49,321 nucleotides of DNA from Deltaproteobacteria bacterium (GCA_031384945.1 JANNAY010000132.1:1-49321), one strand, 5' to 3'; shown: positions 16,689-25,160, numbered from the stretch's first letter. Numbers and translations are program-made. The notes: generated by a model not told the origin, from the sequence alone.

Positions 16689-17557
16689 TCGAGCGTGAAG
16701 GCTGCCGACGCAGAGGGCGCCGCGCCACCGCCAAACGGCAGACCAAAGGCGTCGAAGATCGGCGGGCAGTCGGTGTCGTCGGGCGCGGACATGCAGCCCG
16801 GCGCCGACGCCGCGGCGTTCTCGTCGATGTTGGCGTTTTCGAGCACCGTGCCCAGGTCGAAGACCACGGTGCTGTCGGCGTTGAAGCCGTCGAGGCGCAC
16901 GTGCAGCAAATTCTGCGCGCCGCAGGTGGCGTCGGCGCCGTCGCCTTCACAGACGGCGCTGCCGATGTGCACAAAGAAGCCGCCCGGCTGACCCGTCGAC
17001 GACAGGTCGGTCTTGAGGAAGATGTAGCCGGCGGTCCAGCCCCAAAACAACGACGAGATGTTGAGCGGCGGCGCCAACGTCGCCGGGTCGAGGTGGTTCT
17101 GTTCCTCAGGGATGCCGACGTCGAACTCGACTGCGTCGTAGGCGAGGTCGGCGTCGACGACGCCGCTGACGACGTCGTTCTTGGCGGCGTTGCCGGCGTC
17201 GGCGCAGGCGCCGGTGCCGTCTTCGAAGTCCATCAGCGCGACGCCACTGCCGAGAAAGGGCGCGACCTCGTCGATGACGACGTCGTGGCGGTCGGCGCCG
17301 GCGAAGAGCGCGACGTTCGACACGTAGAAGCGCAGGTCGTGCACCGTCAGCGTCGACGCGGTGGTGCCGACGTTGTCGTAGGTGGCGTTGCAGTCGATGT
17401 CGGCGCCGTTGACGCGGGCGGCGAAGCGCAGTGCGACGTCTTTGGGTTCATCTGCTTCGCCTTCGCCCTCACCTTCGCTCGTGGGGGCGGGGCAGGCGGC
17501 GCAGGCGGCGACGACGACGAGGGCGGCGGCGAAAGAGGGGATGCGGGCTTTCAACAT
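16685..17557 (-). CDS. mbnP: MbnP-family copper-binding lipoprotein (metallo-mystery pair partner)
   Basis: Lipobox AACAAC plus a (GE)n linker. Signature LFWGWTAGYIFLKTD and conserved Cys pairs. ATGA overlap with the mbnH-like start. Confidence 0.75.
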   Translation of the reverse strand: MLKARIPSFAAALVVVAACAACPAPTSEGEGEGEADEPKDVALRFAARVNGADIDCNATYDNVGTTASTLTVHDLRFYVSNVALFAGADRHDVVIDEVAPFLGSGVALMDFEDGTGACADAGNAAKNDVVSGVVDADLAYDAVEFDVGIPEEQNHLDPATLAPPLNISSLFWGWTAGYIFLKTDLSSTGQPGGFFVHIGSAVCEGDGADATCGAQNLLHVRLDGFNADSTVVFDLGTVLENANIDENAAASAPGCMSAPDDTDCPPIFDAFGLPFGGGAAPSASAAFTLE

Positions 17558-17627
17558 GAGGGCACCGTGCCAAGCATCGAGGGTCCATGGAACTGCGACA
17601 CGGCGCCTCAGGGATCGACGACGACGC

Positions 17628-17655
17628 TGCGCGATCGGTGCGCGTTGTGTGCGCG
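17628..17655. promoter_or_regulatory. Three phased TGCGCG(A) direct repeats in the mbnP / barrel-gene divergent promoter region
   Basis: TGCGCGA at 17628, TGCGCG at 17639 and TGCGCGA at 17649, spaced 11 and 10 bp apart. Confidence 0.3.
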
Positions 17656-17724
17656 ACCGCGGCGCGCTGCCCTGCGGCGCTGTGTCTCAGGCCCACGGGC
17701 ACCTGCGGGCGCTACGAGCGCGGC

Positions 17725-18606
17725 ATGCGCTGGCTGGCCGTCGTCTTCGTCGCTCTGATCGTCGTCGTCACGACTGCGTCGTCGCCAGTGGCCGCCTGCG
17801 CGGTCTGCGGTTGCGGCACCAACGCCGCCTTGCCTGCGGGCGCCGAGCAGCCCTTCGCGGGGAGGCTGCGCACGACGCTGTCGCTGTCGACGTCTTCGAC
17901 GGTGGAACACGAGGCCGTCGACAGCACCGCCGTCGGCGCGACCGCCGCGCTCGCCGTCAGCGGCGCCGTCGACGACCGCGTCGTCGTCGACGCCTTTGTC
18001 CCTGTTGGCGTCCGCGCCGGCTTCCACGGCGAAGACTTCGAGGGTTGGGGCGCTGGCGTTGGCGACGTCGGCGGCGGCGTCCGCTTCGTCGTCAGCGATC
18101 GCCGCTATCGACCGCGGCTGACGGGCAGCTTGCGCCTCGGGTTGTTGGCGCCGACGACGACGCTGCTGCGGGATGACAACGGCGCGCCCATGTCGTCGCA
18201 CCTGCAGCCGGGCAACGCCGAGCTGGCGGCGCAGCTGACGACGACACTGACGTGGCTGGCGTCGCCGACGTTGACGTTCGTCGGCGTCGCCGCCGGCAGC
18301 GCACCGGCCTGGAGCGCGGCCACCCTCAAGAGCGGCACGGTCGCAGAGGTCCACGCCTTCACGCTTCTCCGCGCCAACGACAGCGTCAGCGTCAGAGCCG
18401 GCGCCGCCGCGCTCATCGCTGGCAGCAGCCGAGCCGCGGCCGTCGACGGCCACGACGGCCGCGCCGCCGTCGCTCCCGAGGTCGGCGTGACCGTCGAGCC
18501 CGCCCTCGACGTCGCCGTCTCCTTCGTCGTCGCCGTCCCCGTCCGCATCGCCGGCAGCGTCGACGACGGCCCCCGTGTCTCGCTCTCGCTGTCGAGGGAC
18601 TGGTGA
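17725..18606 (+). CDS. Putative outer-membrane beta-barrel protein with an N-terminal CAVCGCG motif
   Basis: Signal peptide. Mature N-terminus CAVCGCG. Alternating beta-like sequence ending in ...LSLSRDW (aromatic C-terminus). Confidence 0.55.
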   Translation: MRWLAVVFVALIVVVTTASSPVAACAVCGCGTNAALPAGAEQPFAGRLRTTLSLSTSSTVEHEAVDSTAVGATAALAVSGAVDDRVVVDAFVPVGVRAGFHGEDFEGWGAGVGDVGGGVRFVVSDRRYRPRLTGSLRLGLLAPTTTLLRDDNGAPMSSHLQPGNAELAAQLTTTLTWLASPTLTFVGVAAGSAPAWSAATLKSGTVAEVHAFTLLRANDSVSVRAGAAALIAGSSRAAAVDGHDGRAAVAPEVGVTVEPALDVAVSFVVAVPVRIAGSVDDGPRVSLSLSRDW

Positions 18607-18620
18607 GCGCGGCGTCGTCG

Positions 18621-19868
18621 ATGTCGGCGCCGTCGCTCGAGGACCCTGCGCGCCTGCGCCTGCGCTGGGTGTTGGGGCTGCGCTGGGCGGGTCTCGTCAG
18701 CCAGCTCGTCGTCATCGCCATCACCGGCGCCCTCAGCGACTTCTTCGCCGGCGCCATCGCCATCGTCGTCGTCGGCGCCGTCTCGAACCTGCTCTTGCAG
18801 TGGTGGTCGCGGCCCGGCAGCGCCCGCGGCCCGCGCTTCGCCGAGCGCACGCTCACCGCCGCCGTCGTCGTCGACCTCGGGTTGCTCACCGGCTTGTTGG
18901 CGATGACGGGCGGACCGCTGAACCCGTTCACGCTGCTCTACATGGTGCACGTCGCCACCGTCGCCGTGGCCCTGCCGCGCGTCGCAGCCATCGCCGTCAC
19001 CGTCGTCGCCATGGCCGCCTACGGCGTGCTCTTCGCGCCGGGCGTCTTCGACCCCGAAGAGCACATGCACCTCATGCACGGGCCCGGTTTCGCCGCCCAC
19101 GTGCGCGGCATGTGGATCGCGTTCGCCATCACCGCCAGCTTCGTCGTCGTCTTCGTCGGCCGCTTGCGCAAGACGCTCGACGAGCACGAGGTGCGGCGCG
19201 AAGAGCTGCGCAAGCTCGACGAGCGCGGCCGCCGTCTCGCATCGTTGGCCACGCTCGCCGGCGGCGCCGCGCACGAGCTGGCGAGCCCGCTGCAGACGAT
19301 CTCGGTCATCGCCGACGCGCTTGCTCGTCACGTCGCGACCGCTCAGGTGCCGTCCACGTTGCTCGACGACACCGCGTTGCTGCAAGCCGAAGTGCGTCGG
19401 TGCAAAGACGTGCTCACGCACCTCGCCGCCGACGCTGGCACTCCCGGCGGTGAACCCCTCTCGACGTTCGCCGTCTCTGCCCTCGTGAGAGACGCCGTCG
19501 TCGGCCTCGAGCGCGTCAACGTCGTCGATCGCGGCGACGGCGACGTCAGCGGGCCGCGGCGCGCGTTGACGCTCGCGCTGCGCGGCATCGTCAAGAACGC
19601 GCAGCAGGCCGACGCCGGCGTCGTCGATGTCTTCGTCGAGAGCGGCGCCGCCGTCGTCGTCGACCGCGGCGCCGGCATGAGCGCCGACGTGTTACAGCAC
19701 GCTGGCGAGCCGTTCTTCACCACCAAAGAGCCAGGCGAAGGCATGGGCCTCGGCCTCTTCCTCGCCCGCACCGTCATCGAGGCCGCCGGCGGCGCACTCA
19801 CGCTGTCGTCGACGCCGCAGATCGGGACCACGGCGCGCATCGCTTTCTCCAGCGGAGGCGCGTCGTGA
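18621..19868 (+). CDS. RegB/PrrB-type sensor histidine kinase (copy 2; alternative GTG start at 18603)
   Basis: Paralog of 7395..8591 with GGPLNPF, H-box GGAAHELASPLQTI, a Cys in VRRCKDVL, and GMGLGLFLAR. Confidence 0.85.
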   Translation: MSAPSLEDPARLRLRWVLGLRWAGLVSQLVVIAITGALSDFFAGAIAIVVVGAVSNLLLQWWSRPGSARGPRFAERTLTAAVVVDLGLLTGLLAMTGGPLNPFTLLYMVHVATVAVALPRVAAIAVTVVAMAAYGVLFAPGVFDPEEHMHLMHGPGFAAHVRGMWIAFAITASFVVVFVGRLRKTLDEHEVRREELRKLDERGRRLASLATLAGGAAHELASPLQTISVIADALARHVATAQVPSTLLDDTALLQAEVRRCKDVLTHLAADAGTPGGEPLSTFAVSALVRDAVVGLERVNVVDRGDGDVSGPRRALTLALRGIVKNAQQADAGVVDVFVESGAAVVVDRGAGMSADVLQHAGEPFFTTKEPGEGMGLGLFLARTVIEAAGGALTLSSTPQIGTTARIAFSSGGAS

Positions 19869-20404
19869 GCGACGCCTCGCTCCTGCTCGTCGACGATGAC
19901 GTCACGCTGCGGACGCTGATGGCGCGTGAGCTGAAAGAGCGCGGCTTCGACGTGCGCGTCGCCGGCGACGTCGCCGCGGCCACGACGTTGGCGACGGAGG
20001 ATCCGCCGGAGCTCGCCGTCGTCGACCTGCGGATGCCGGGTGCGAGCGGCCTCGACCTCATCGATACGCTGCTCGCCCTCGATGCGCACACCCGCGTCGT
20101 TGTCCTGACGGGCTGGGGCAGCGTCCCCACCGCGGTCGAAGCGATGCGCCGCGGCGCTGCGCACTACCTGCAGAAGCCTGTATCGCTTGACGACCTCGTC
20201 GCCGCGCTGTCGACCGAAGCATCGTCGGCGTCGACGTCATCGGGGCCAGCGTCGGAGTTGCCGAGCCTGGCGCGACAGGAGTGGGAGTACATCCACCGCG
20301 TTCTCGCGGAGTGCGGCGGCAGCATCTCGGCGGCGTCTCGACAGCTGAAGATTCATCGACGGTCGTTGCAGAGAAAACTGCAAAAGCACCCACCTCCGAA
20401 CTAG
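19865..20404 (+). CDS. RegA/PrrA/ActR-type response regulator (copy 2)
   Basis: Paralog of 8588..9133. LLLVDDD and the HTH AASRQLKIHRRSLQRKLQK. GTG start overlapping the kinase stop. Confidence 0.85.
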   Translation: MSDASLLLVDDDVTLRTLMARELKERGFDVRVAGDVAAATTLATEDPPELAVVDLRMPGASGLDLIDTLLALDAHTRVVVLTGWGSVPTAVEAMRRGAAHYLQKPVSLDDLVAALSTEASSASTSSGPASELPSLARQEWEYIHRVLAECGGSISAASRQLKIHRRSLQRKLQKHPPPN

Positions 20405-20523
20405 GCAGCAGCGCGATCATCGCTAAGGACATTCGACGAAACCCGCGTTGCTTCGGCTGTGTCCTCGTTGGCAGCCGCAGCTACCGTCGAATTGCTCAGT
20501 TGTGGTGGTGCGTCGCGAAAGAA

Positions 20524-20557
20524 GAAGGACGCGAAGCCCTACGGCTCCGCGTCTTCC
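20524..20557. terminator. Imperfect hairpin between convergent genes (possible bidirectional terminator)
   Basis: GAAGGACGCGAAGCC-ctac-GGCTCCGCGTCTTCC, with about 11 of 14 positions paired, followed by a T/C-rich tract. Confidence 0.3.
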
Positions 20558-20585
20558 TGCTTTCTTCCTTCTCCTTCCGCACAGC

Positions 20586-21683
20586 TCAGGTCTCGCAGCC
20601 ACCGTTGCAGACGCCGTTGTCGCAGGTGGCGCCTTCGCCGCAGGCGTTGCCACAGAAGCCGCAGTTGTCGATGTCGGTGAGAAAGTCGACGCAGCCGCAG
20701 ACTTCTTCGCTGACGCCTTCGCCTTCGCCTTCACCTTCACCGATGTCGCCTTCGCCTTCGCCTTCACCGATGTCGCCCTCGCCTTCGCCTTCACCGATGT
20801 CGCCTTCGCCTTCGCCTTTACCGATGTCGCCTTCGCCTTCGCCTTCACCGATGTCGCCTTCGCCTTCGCCTTCGCCGACGTCGCTCTCGCCTTCGCCTTC
20901 GCCGCTCTCGCCTTCGCCTTCACCGACCTCGACGGCGATGTCGACGCAGTCGCTGGTGACGATGATGTTGCTGTCGAGGGTGACGGCGCCCGTGCGGGCC
21001 AGGGCGCGGCCGTGGAGCTGCGCGTTGGTTTGCAGGCTCACGCTGGCGAGGGCCAGCAGGTCGCCGACGACGACAGCGTTGCTGCCGATTGTCGCCGCGC
21101 TGCCGATGTTCCAATGAACGTTGCACGGCTGAGCGCCGCGAATGAGCACGACCGACGCGCCGCTCACCACGGTGAGGGTGCTGCCGACGAGAAAGACGAA
21201 TTCGCTCGCGCCGTCGCCAGCGCCGTCGAGCGTGACGCTGCCGGTGAGGAGCGCGCCTTCGTCGAAGCAATAGACGCCAGCGACGAGGTTGAGGCCGGTG
21301 AGGTCCGGCGTCGACAGGGTGTGGTCGCAGGCGAGGTCGGCGAGGGCGGCCGCAGCGGCGCCGGCGGCGAGCTGCGCAGAGATGGCGACATCGTCAGCGA
21401 CGTGGACCGCGCCGAGCACGACGGGGCCACCCGTCACGGCCGTGCCGGGGGAGAGGCCGAGGTCGCGAGCGAGCGTGGTCGGTCCGGCGTTGGTGACGGT
21501 GGTGGCGGCGAGCACGCTGAAGTCGCCGGCAAGGCCGAGCAGGAGCGGCGACGACGACGACGAGGACGCCGTGCGTGCCGGCCGTTGCACCGACTCTGCA
21601 CACGCGCCGGTGGCGAGGGCGATGAACGTGCAGACAACGGGAGAGAGGCGGCGCGTGAGCGGCGCGGAAGCGAGTGATTTCAT
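20586..21683 (-). CDS. DUF3494 ice-binding-like family protein with an acidic tandem repeat and a Cys-rich tail
   Basis: [37 protein letters not shown]..., [39 protein letters not shown] and [15 protein letters not shown] all fit the DUF3494 pattern. The C-terminus has (GEGEGEGDI)n and then [19 protein letters not shown]. Confidence 0.8.
   Translation of the reverse strand: MKSLASAPLTRRLSPVVCTFIALATGACAESVQRPARTASSSSSSPLLLGLAGDFSVLAATTVTNAGPTTLARDLGLSPGTAVTGGPVVLGAVHVADDVAISAQLAAGAAAAALADLACDHTLSTPDLTGLNLVAGVYCFDEGALLTGSVTLDGAGDGASEFVFLVGSTLTVVSGASVVLIRGAQPCNVHWNIGSAATIGSNAVVVGDLLALASVSLQTNAQLHGRALARTGAVTLDSNIIVTSDCVDIAVEVGEGEGESGEGEGESDVGEGEGEGDIGEGEGEGDIGKGEGEGDIGEGEGEGDIGEGEGEGDIGEGEGEGEGVSEEVCGCVDFLTDIDNCGFCGNACGEGATCDNGVCNGGCET
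20715..20930. repeat. Coding tandem repeat, 27-bp unit (about 5 near-perfect units plus degenerate flanks)
   Basis: The unit caccgatgtcgccttcgccttcgcctt recurs at 20738, 20765, 20792, 20819 and 20846. It encodes GEGEGEGDI on the minus strand. Confidence 0.85.
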
Positions 21684-22023
21684 GTTGTTCGAGTCCCCAG
21701 GAGCGCGTGTTTTGCCGCGCGCGCCTTCTCACTCCACTGGCCGTGCCACCGCCAACAGGGCGCCCGCCCGTCACAATCATCGAAAGATCGGGGAGCGAAA
21801 GCTCGATTGGGGCGTCATGCCCCACACAGCGCGTGCCACTCGACGAGCTGCAGTGCTCGCCGAGATACGACGTCATTGCCTGCGCTCGAGGTCTGACTGC
21901 GGTTTTGCCGGTCGAGGGCCAGCCGTGCGCATTCGAGGCGCCGAACCTCTGCGAATGAGCAGTCGTTGAAGGAGTTGGTGGGCGAATGCCGGCTTGGTCG
22001 GAAAATCCGCCGACGACATCTAG

Positions 22024-22206
22024 CTAGTCGGCGTCGAAGATTCCTCGGCCCCAATATTCTCGCCAAATGGCGTCGACGACCGCTTCGTCGAGATCGCCGG
22101 AGACAAGAAAGTGCAGCGCGGTCTCGCGCGACAACCAGTAGTCGCTCGTGAGAGCGGCCAAGACCTTCACAAGCAAATCGCGGGTTCCATCAGTTGGCGC
22201 GGTCAT
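22024..22206 (-). CDS. Small hypothetical protein (alternative start at 22239)
   Basis: 60-71 aa ORF (MTAPTDGTRDLLVKVLAALTSDYWLSRETALHFLVSGDLDEAVVDAIWREYWGRGIFDAD), divergent from the next gene. No family recognised. Confidence 0.4.
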   Translation of the reverse strand: MTAPTDGTRDLLVKVLAALTSDYWLSRETALHFLVSGDLDEAVVDAIWREYWGRGIFDAD

Positions 22207-22254
22207 CGGGGCTCCTTGTTGTTTGGAGCATGTGGCCATCTACGCTGTCGGGCG

Positions 22255-23382
22255 ATGACACAACTTCGGTCAAAATCGGACAGGCGGCAACCAAAGGCTG
22301 AGGAACTCCAGATGCTGAAGCGCGCTGGATTTCTCGGAGGCGACGCTGACAAGGAGCCATCGTTTCGACTTCGATTTGCGACGACACTTGGACCGATCGA
22401 CGCGTGGGCAGATGGCGTCGGCGATGTCGATGTCATCGAGGCCGCCGGCAGCGCTTGGCTGCGCTGGTCCTCGACGGGAGAATTTCCGGTTCGCTCCCAG
22501 GCGCTTGAAGGCCTCTGGCGGCTCGCCTCGAGTAGGCATCCATTGCGAGATGCGCCGAAGACACTGCGAAGTATTGGCGCGGTCTACATCTGTGCTTGCG
22601 GCGCAGCCCACGGCAGCGGAACCCACCAAGACGCGATCCTGGCCAAGGCTTGGCGCGCGGAGAAGCGGGGCCCACAAGGGAGCCCCCGCAGCCTCCTGTA
22701 CGCGATGACTGAAGGCCGCCGCCTCGCCGACATCGAAGCACCAACGCGTTGTCAGCGACCACGGGCTCTTGAGCGGTCGTCGTGCGCACCGATCGAAGCG
22801 GTGATGAAGTGGGCCCGTCGGGCGCGCCTCATCGTTGCCTTCGCGGCGCATCTTCGGCTCGCAAAACGCCAGCGCTATCGCCAATCGTCGGAGCCCATTC
22901 CCTGCCTGGGCCGCTTCTGGACGATCGATGAGCTCCTCCAAGAAGCCACCTCGGAAACCGAAGAAGGGCGCAGCTACGACGGGGCTCTTATGCAGTGGCT
23001 GGCCCTGACAGACCTTGTCAACGGCTGGCTCGCGGCAACCGCGCCCCGCCTGCAGTTGACCCCTCGAACGCCACCGACGGACACGTCCCGTCTCTCGGAT
23101 GCCGAGAAGCATGCAGCGTATGTGCGCGCCGCCGACCTGATGAACCTTGAGTTACGGCTATCCCCTCACAACGATGCGCTCGCCGTAGCAGGTCTACAGC
23201 TCACGGCCTTGCTGCAAGACATCGTCGAGGACGTGCGCTGCGTGTTCTGTGGAAACCCGGTCAACCTCAGTCGTCGAGGATGGGCTTCGAAGCCCTGCTG
23301 CGGCCGGCCCGATTGTCGCCGGACTCGCGACACAGGTGCTCGTCGTGAACTTCGTCGCCAACAGAAGCTCGAGGCCGGTTGA
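22255..23382 (+). CDS. Hypothetical protein with a C-terminal Cys4 zinc-ribbon-like motif
   Basis: 375-aa ORF with intermediate-GC codon usage. The C-terminus reads CVFCGNPVNLSRRGWASKPCCGRPDC, followed by a basic tail. No family recognised. Confidence 0.55.
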   Translation: MTQLRSKSDRRQPKAEELQMLKRAGFLGGDADKEPSFRLRFATTLGPIDAWADGVGDVDVIEAAGSAWLRWSSTGEFPVRSQALEGLWRLASSRHPLRDAPKTLRSIGAVYICACGAAHGSGTHQDAILAKAWRAEKRGPQGSPRSLLYAMTEGRRLADIEAPTRCQRPRALERSSCAPIEAVMKWARRARLIVAFAAHLRLAKRQRYRQSSEPIPCLGRFWTIDELLQEATSETEEGRSYDGALMQWLALTDLVNGWLAATAPRLQLTPRTPPTDTSRLSDAEKHAAYVRAADLMNLELRLSPHNDALAVAGLQLTALLQDIVEDVRCVFCGNPVNLSRRGWASKPCCGRPDCRRTRDTGARRELRRQQKLEAG

Positions 23383-23392
23383 CCGGCGATCT

Positions 23393-24187
23393 TCAGCCAA
23401 AGCTCTTGATGCGGCCGACGACGTCGCGGGCGTGACGCGCAGCGGCCTCGACGTCGTACATGATGCTCGGTCTCAGCAGTGGCACGATGTCTTGACGAAA
23501 GCCGCTGTCCTTCAGCTTCTCGTCGAGGTTCTTGCCGAACTCAGCCGCAGAAACGGTGTGTCCTTCGTGCTGCATGTACCGCGTGAACGCGTCGATGACG
23601 TGGTCCCAGTCGGGCTTGGCCTGCTGCTCTGCCCACCAGAGGTCGAAGAGGTCGCGACCTTTCTTTCGCTGGTAGAGCGCGCGCACCTTCGTCGCCAGGA
23701 GCTCCTCGAGAGTGAACGTGTTGAGCTTCGCTGCGCCCGAGAACCAATCCGAGTCGACGCTGAAGTCCCTCGATTGCGGACCGTCGACGGAGAAATGCTC
23801 ACGCGTGTTGATCTCGATCTTCACCTTCAACGCGAGGTTGGGCGGCGTCTCCGCTCGCGCAGAGAACGTCAGGGTCGCCATCGACGGGCCTCGGTCGGAC
23901 TTCGGCTTGCCGAGCCAGCCGAGCGCGACACGCAGTTGGCTGAGGATGGGTCCAATGGGTCCGGGCTGGACCTGTACGAGGTCGATGTCCTCCGAGTAGC
24001 GCGGCGCTGGCTGCAGGTAGAGCTTGTGCAGTGCGGTGCCGCCCCGGAACGCAAGCGCCCTCTTGAGCTGCTCGTCGTTGAAGATGTCGACGAGCCCTCG
24101 ACACAGAATGAGGTCCTGCTCGACCTGGTCGTCGCTGGGCCAAGGCGCGTGCTGTCGCCATGCGGTGATCGAGTCTTGAGGGATCAT
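23393..24187 (-). CDS. abiEii: AbiEii/AbiGii-family nucleotidyltransferase toxin (DUF1814)
   Basis: LAFRGGTALHKLYL...RYSEDIDL... matches the AbiEii NTase motif block. The start overlaps the upstream AbiEi-like gene. Confidence 0.8.
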   Translation of the reverse strand: MIPQDSITAWRQHAPWPSDDQVEQDLILCRGLVDIFNDEQLKRALAFRGGTALHKLYLQPAPRYSEDIDLVQVQPGPIGPILSQLRVALGWLGKPKSDRGPSMATLTFSARAETPPNLALKVKIEINTREHFSVDGPQSRDFSVDSDWFSGAAKLNTFTLEELLATKVRALYQRKKGRDLFDLWWAEQQAKPDWDHVIDAFTRYMQHEGHTVSAAEFGKNLDEKLKDSGFRQDIVPLLRPSIMYDVEAAARHARDVVGRIKSFG

Positions 24188-24978
24188 GTGTCTGTCTCGA
24201 GCTGGTGGTTGATGAAGAGCTTCCACGTCGGGTCACGCGGCGCCCCGTCGATGGGTGCCGTCGTCGACAACGCTGCCGTGTGCACAGCCTTGGCAACCAG
24301 CGGCTCGATCAACGCAGCGAGTCTTCGTTGACCCACTTGATCAAGGAGCCACCCCAGCCTTTGGAGGACGGGCATATCGACGACGTCGGCTCGCAACTGC
24401 ACGCGCAACGCGCGGACCTTCATCGAAGGACCAAGCTCGCGAAGAACGGTCGCCACATTGTCGAGGCCGCCAGCGCGGTCGACGTAGGCGACAAGGTCCA
24501 GTGCGGTGGCCTCTGGTGAAGAAACGACAAGCGATCCTCGTGGAGTGTTCTGCTTCGTCGTCGTCATTTTGGTGAGATTCCTCCGCGCCACAAAGGCGAT
24601 CTTCACGCTTCCGCACTCGATCGGTGTGCGGGCCTTGGCGGTGACAACCTGGAAGACTTGCGGCTGCTGATGAGCAGCGCCTAGGAGTCGCGCCGCCGAC
24701 AGCAAGCCGACGTAGTAGCGCTGGTTCCAGAAGCGGAAGAGCAGCGGCGTCAGCTGCTCTGGGGGCAAGCACCCCAAGCGTCGGTACTCAGGGAGAACGA
24801 CGACATGAAAGCCTCGCGTGGGCGTCGCCACGAGGCCCTGCCGGCGGAGGCCGTCGATCGTGTAGTGCGTGCCTTCAGGCGAGCGGCCGAGCGCTGCAGC
24901 GACATCTGCCGTCGTGAACGACAGTTGCCCTTGCGCGGCTCTCTCGAGAAGGAAGCCAATTCCTGCCCCCGCAACCAT
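24184..24978 (-). CDS. abiEi: AbiEi-family antitoxin/transcriptional regulator
   Basis: N-terminal winged-helix-like region (FTTADVAAALGRSPEGTHYTIDGLRRQGLV) and a C-terminal AbiEi_4-like region. 4-nt overlap with the toxin gene. Confidence 0.75.
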   Translation of the reverse strand: MVAGAGIGFLLERAAQGQLSFTTADVAAALGRSPEGTHYTIDGLRRQGLVATPTRGFHVVVLPEYRRLGCLPPEQLTPLLFRFWNQRYYVGLLSAARLLGAAHQQPQVFQVVTAKARTPIECGSVKIAFVARRNLTKMTTTKQNTPRGSLVVSSPEATALDLVAYVDRAGGLDNVATVLRELGPSMKVRALRVQLRADVVDMPVLQRLGWLLDQVGQRRLAALIEPLVAKAVHTAALSTTAPIDGAPRDPTWKLFINHQLETDT

Positions 24979-24998
24979 CTCAGTTCACTCCGCCAAAT

Positions 24999-25013
24999 TA
25001 ATGGTTCCCATTA
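24999..25013. promoter_or_regulatory. Short inverted repeat upstream of abiEi
   Basis: TAATGG-ttc-CCATTA, 21-35 bp upstream of the abiEi start codon at 24978. Short and weak. Confidence 0.25.
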
Positions 25014-25160
25014 TGCCACGCGACCCTACTGAGCGGTACGATAGCGGGTGTACGAGGTCGCGAAATCGCTGCGGCGCGTTACGACGCTACATTTCCGGTG
25101 GTAATCGTCTGGAAACGACGGTCGCCTTGTCTAGTTGCCACAAGGCCTTAAGATTGAGGC

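Noticed and set aside
14970-16991. 673-aa plus-strand ORF, the longest in its area. Similar long ORFs occur at 7823..9367(-), 18105..19421(-), 20448..21677(+), 30360..31460(-), 31762..33681(-) and 11781..12431(-).
   Set aside because: All lie antisense to genes with clear family motifs (mbnH/mbnP, kinases, DUF3494, EEP, mgtA). Their translations are dominated by Arg/Ala/Gly/Asp/Val runs, which is typical of shadow ORFs in high-GC DNA. No motifs were recognised.
20715-20930. Regular 27-bp repeats considered as a possible CRISPR array.
   Set aside because: The units are contiguous with no spacers. They lie in frame inside the DUF3494 gene and encode GEGEGEGDI.
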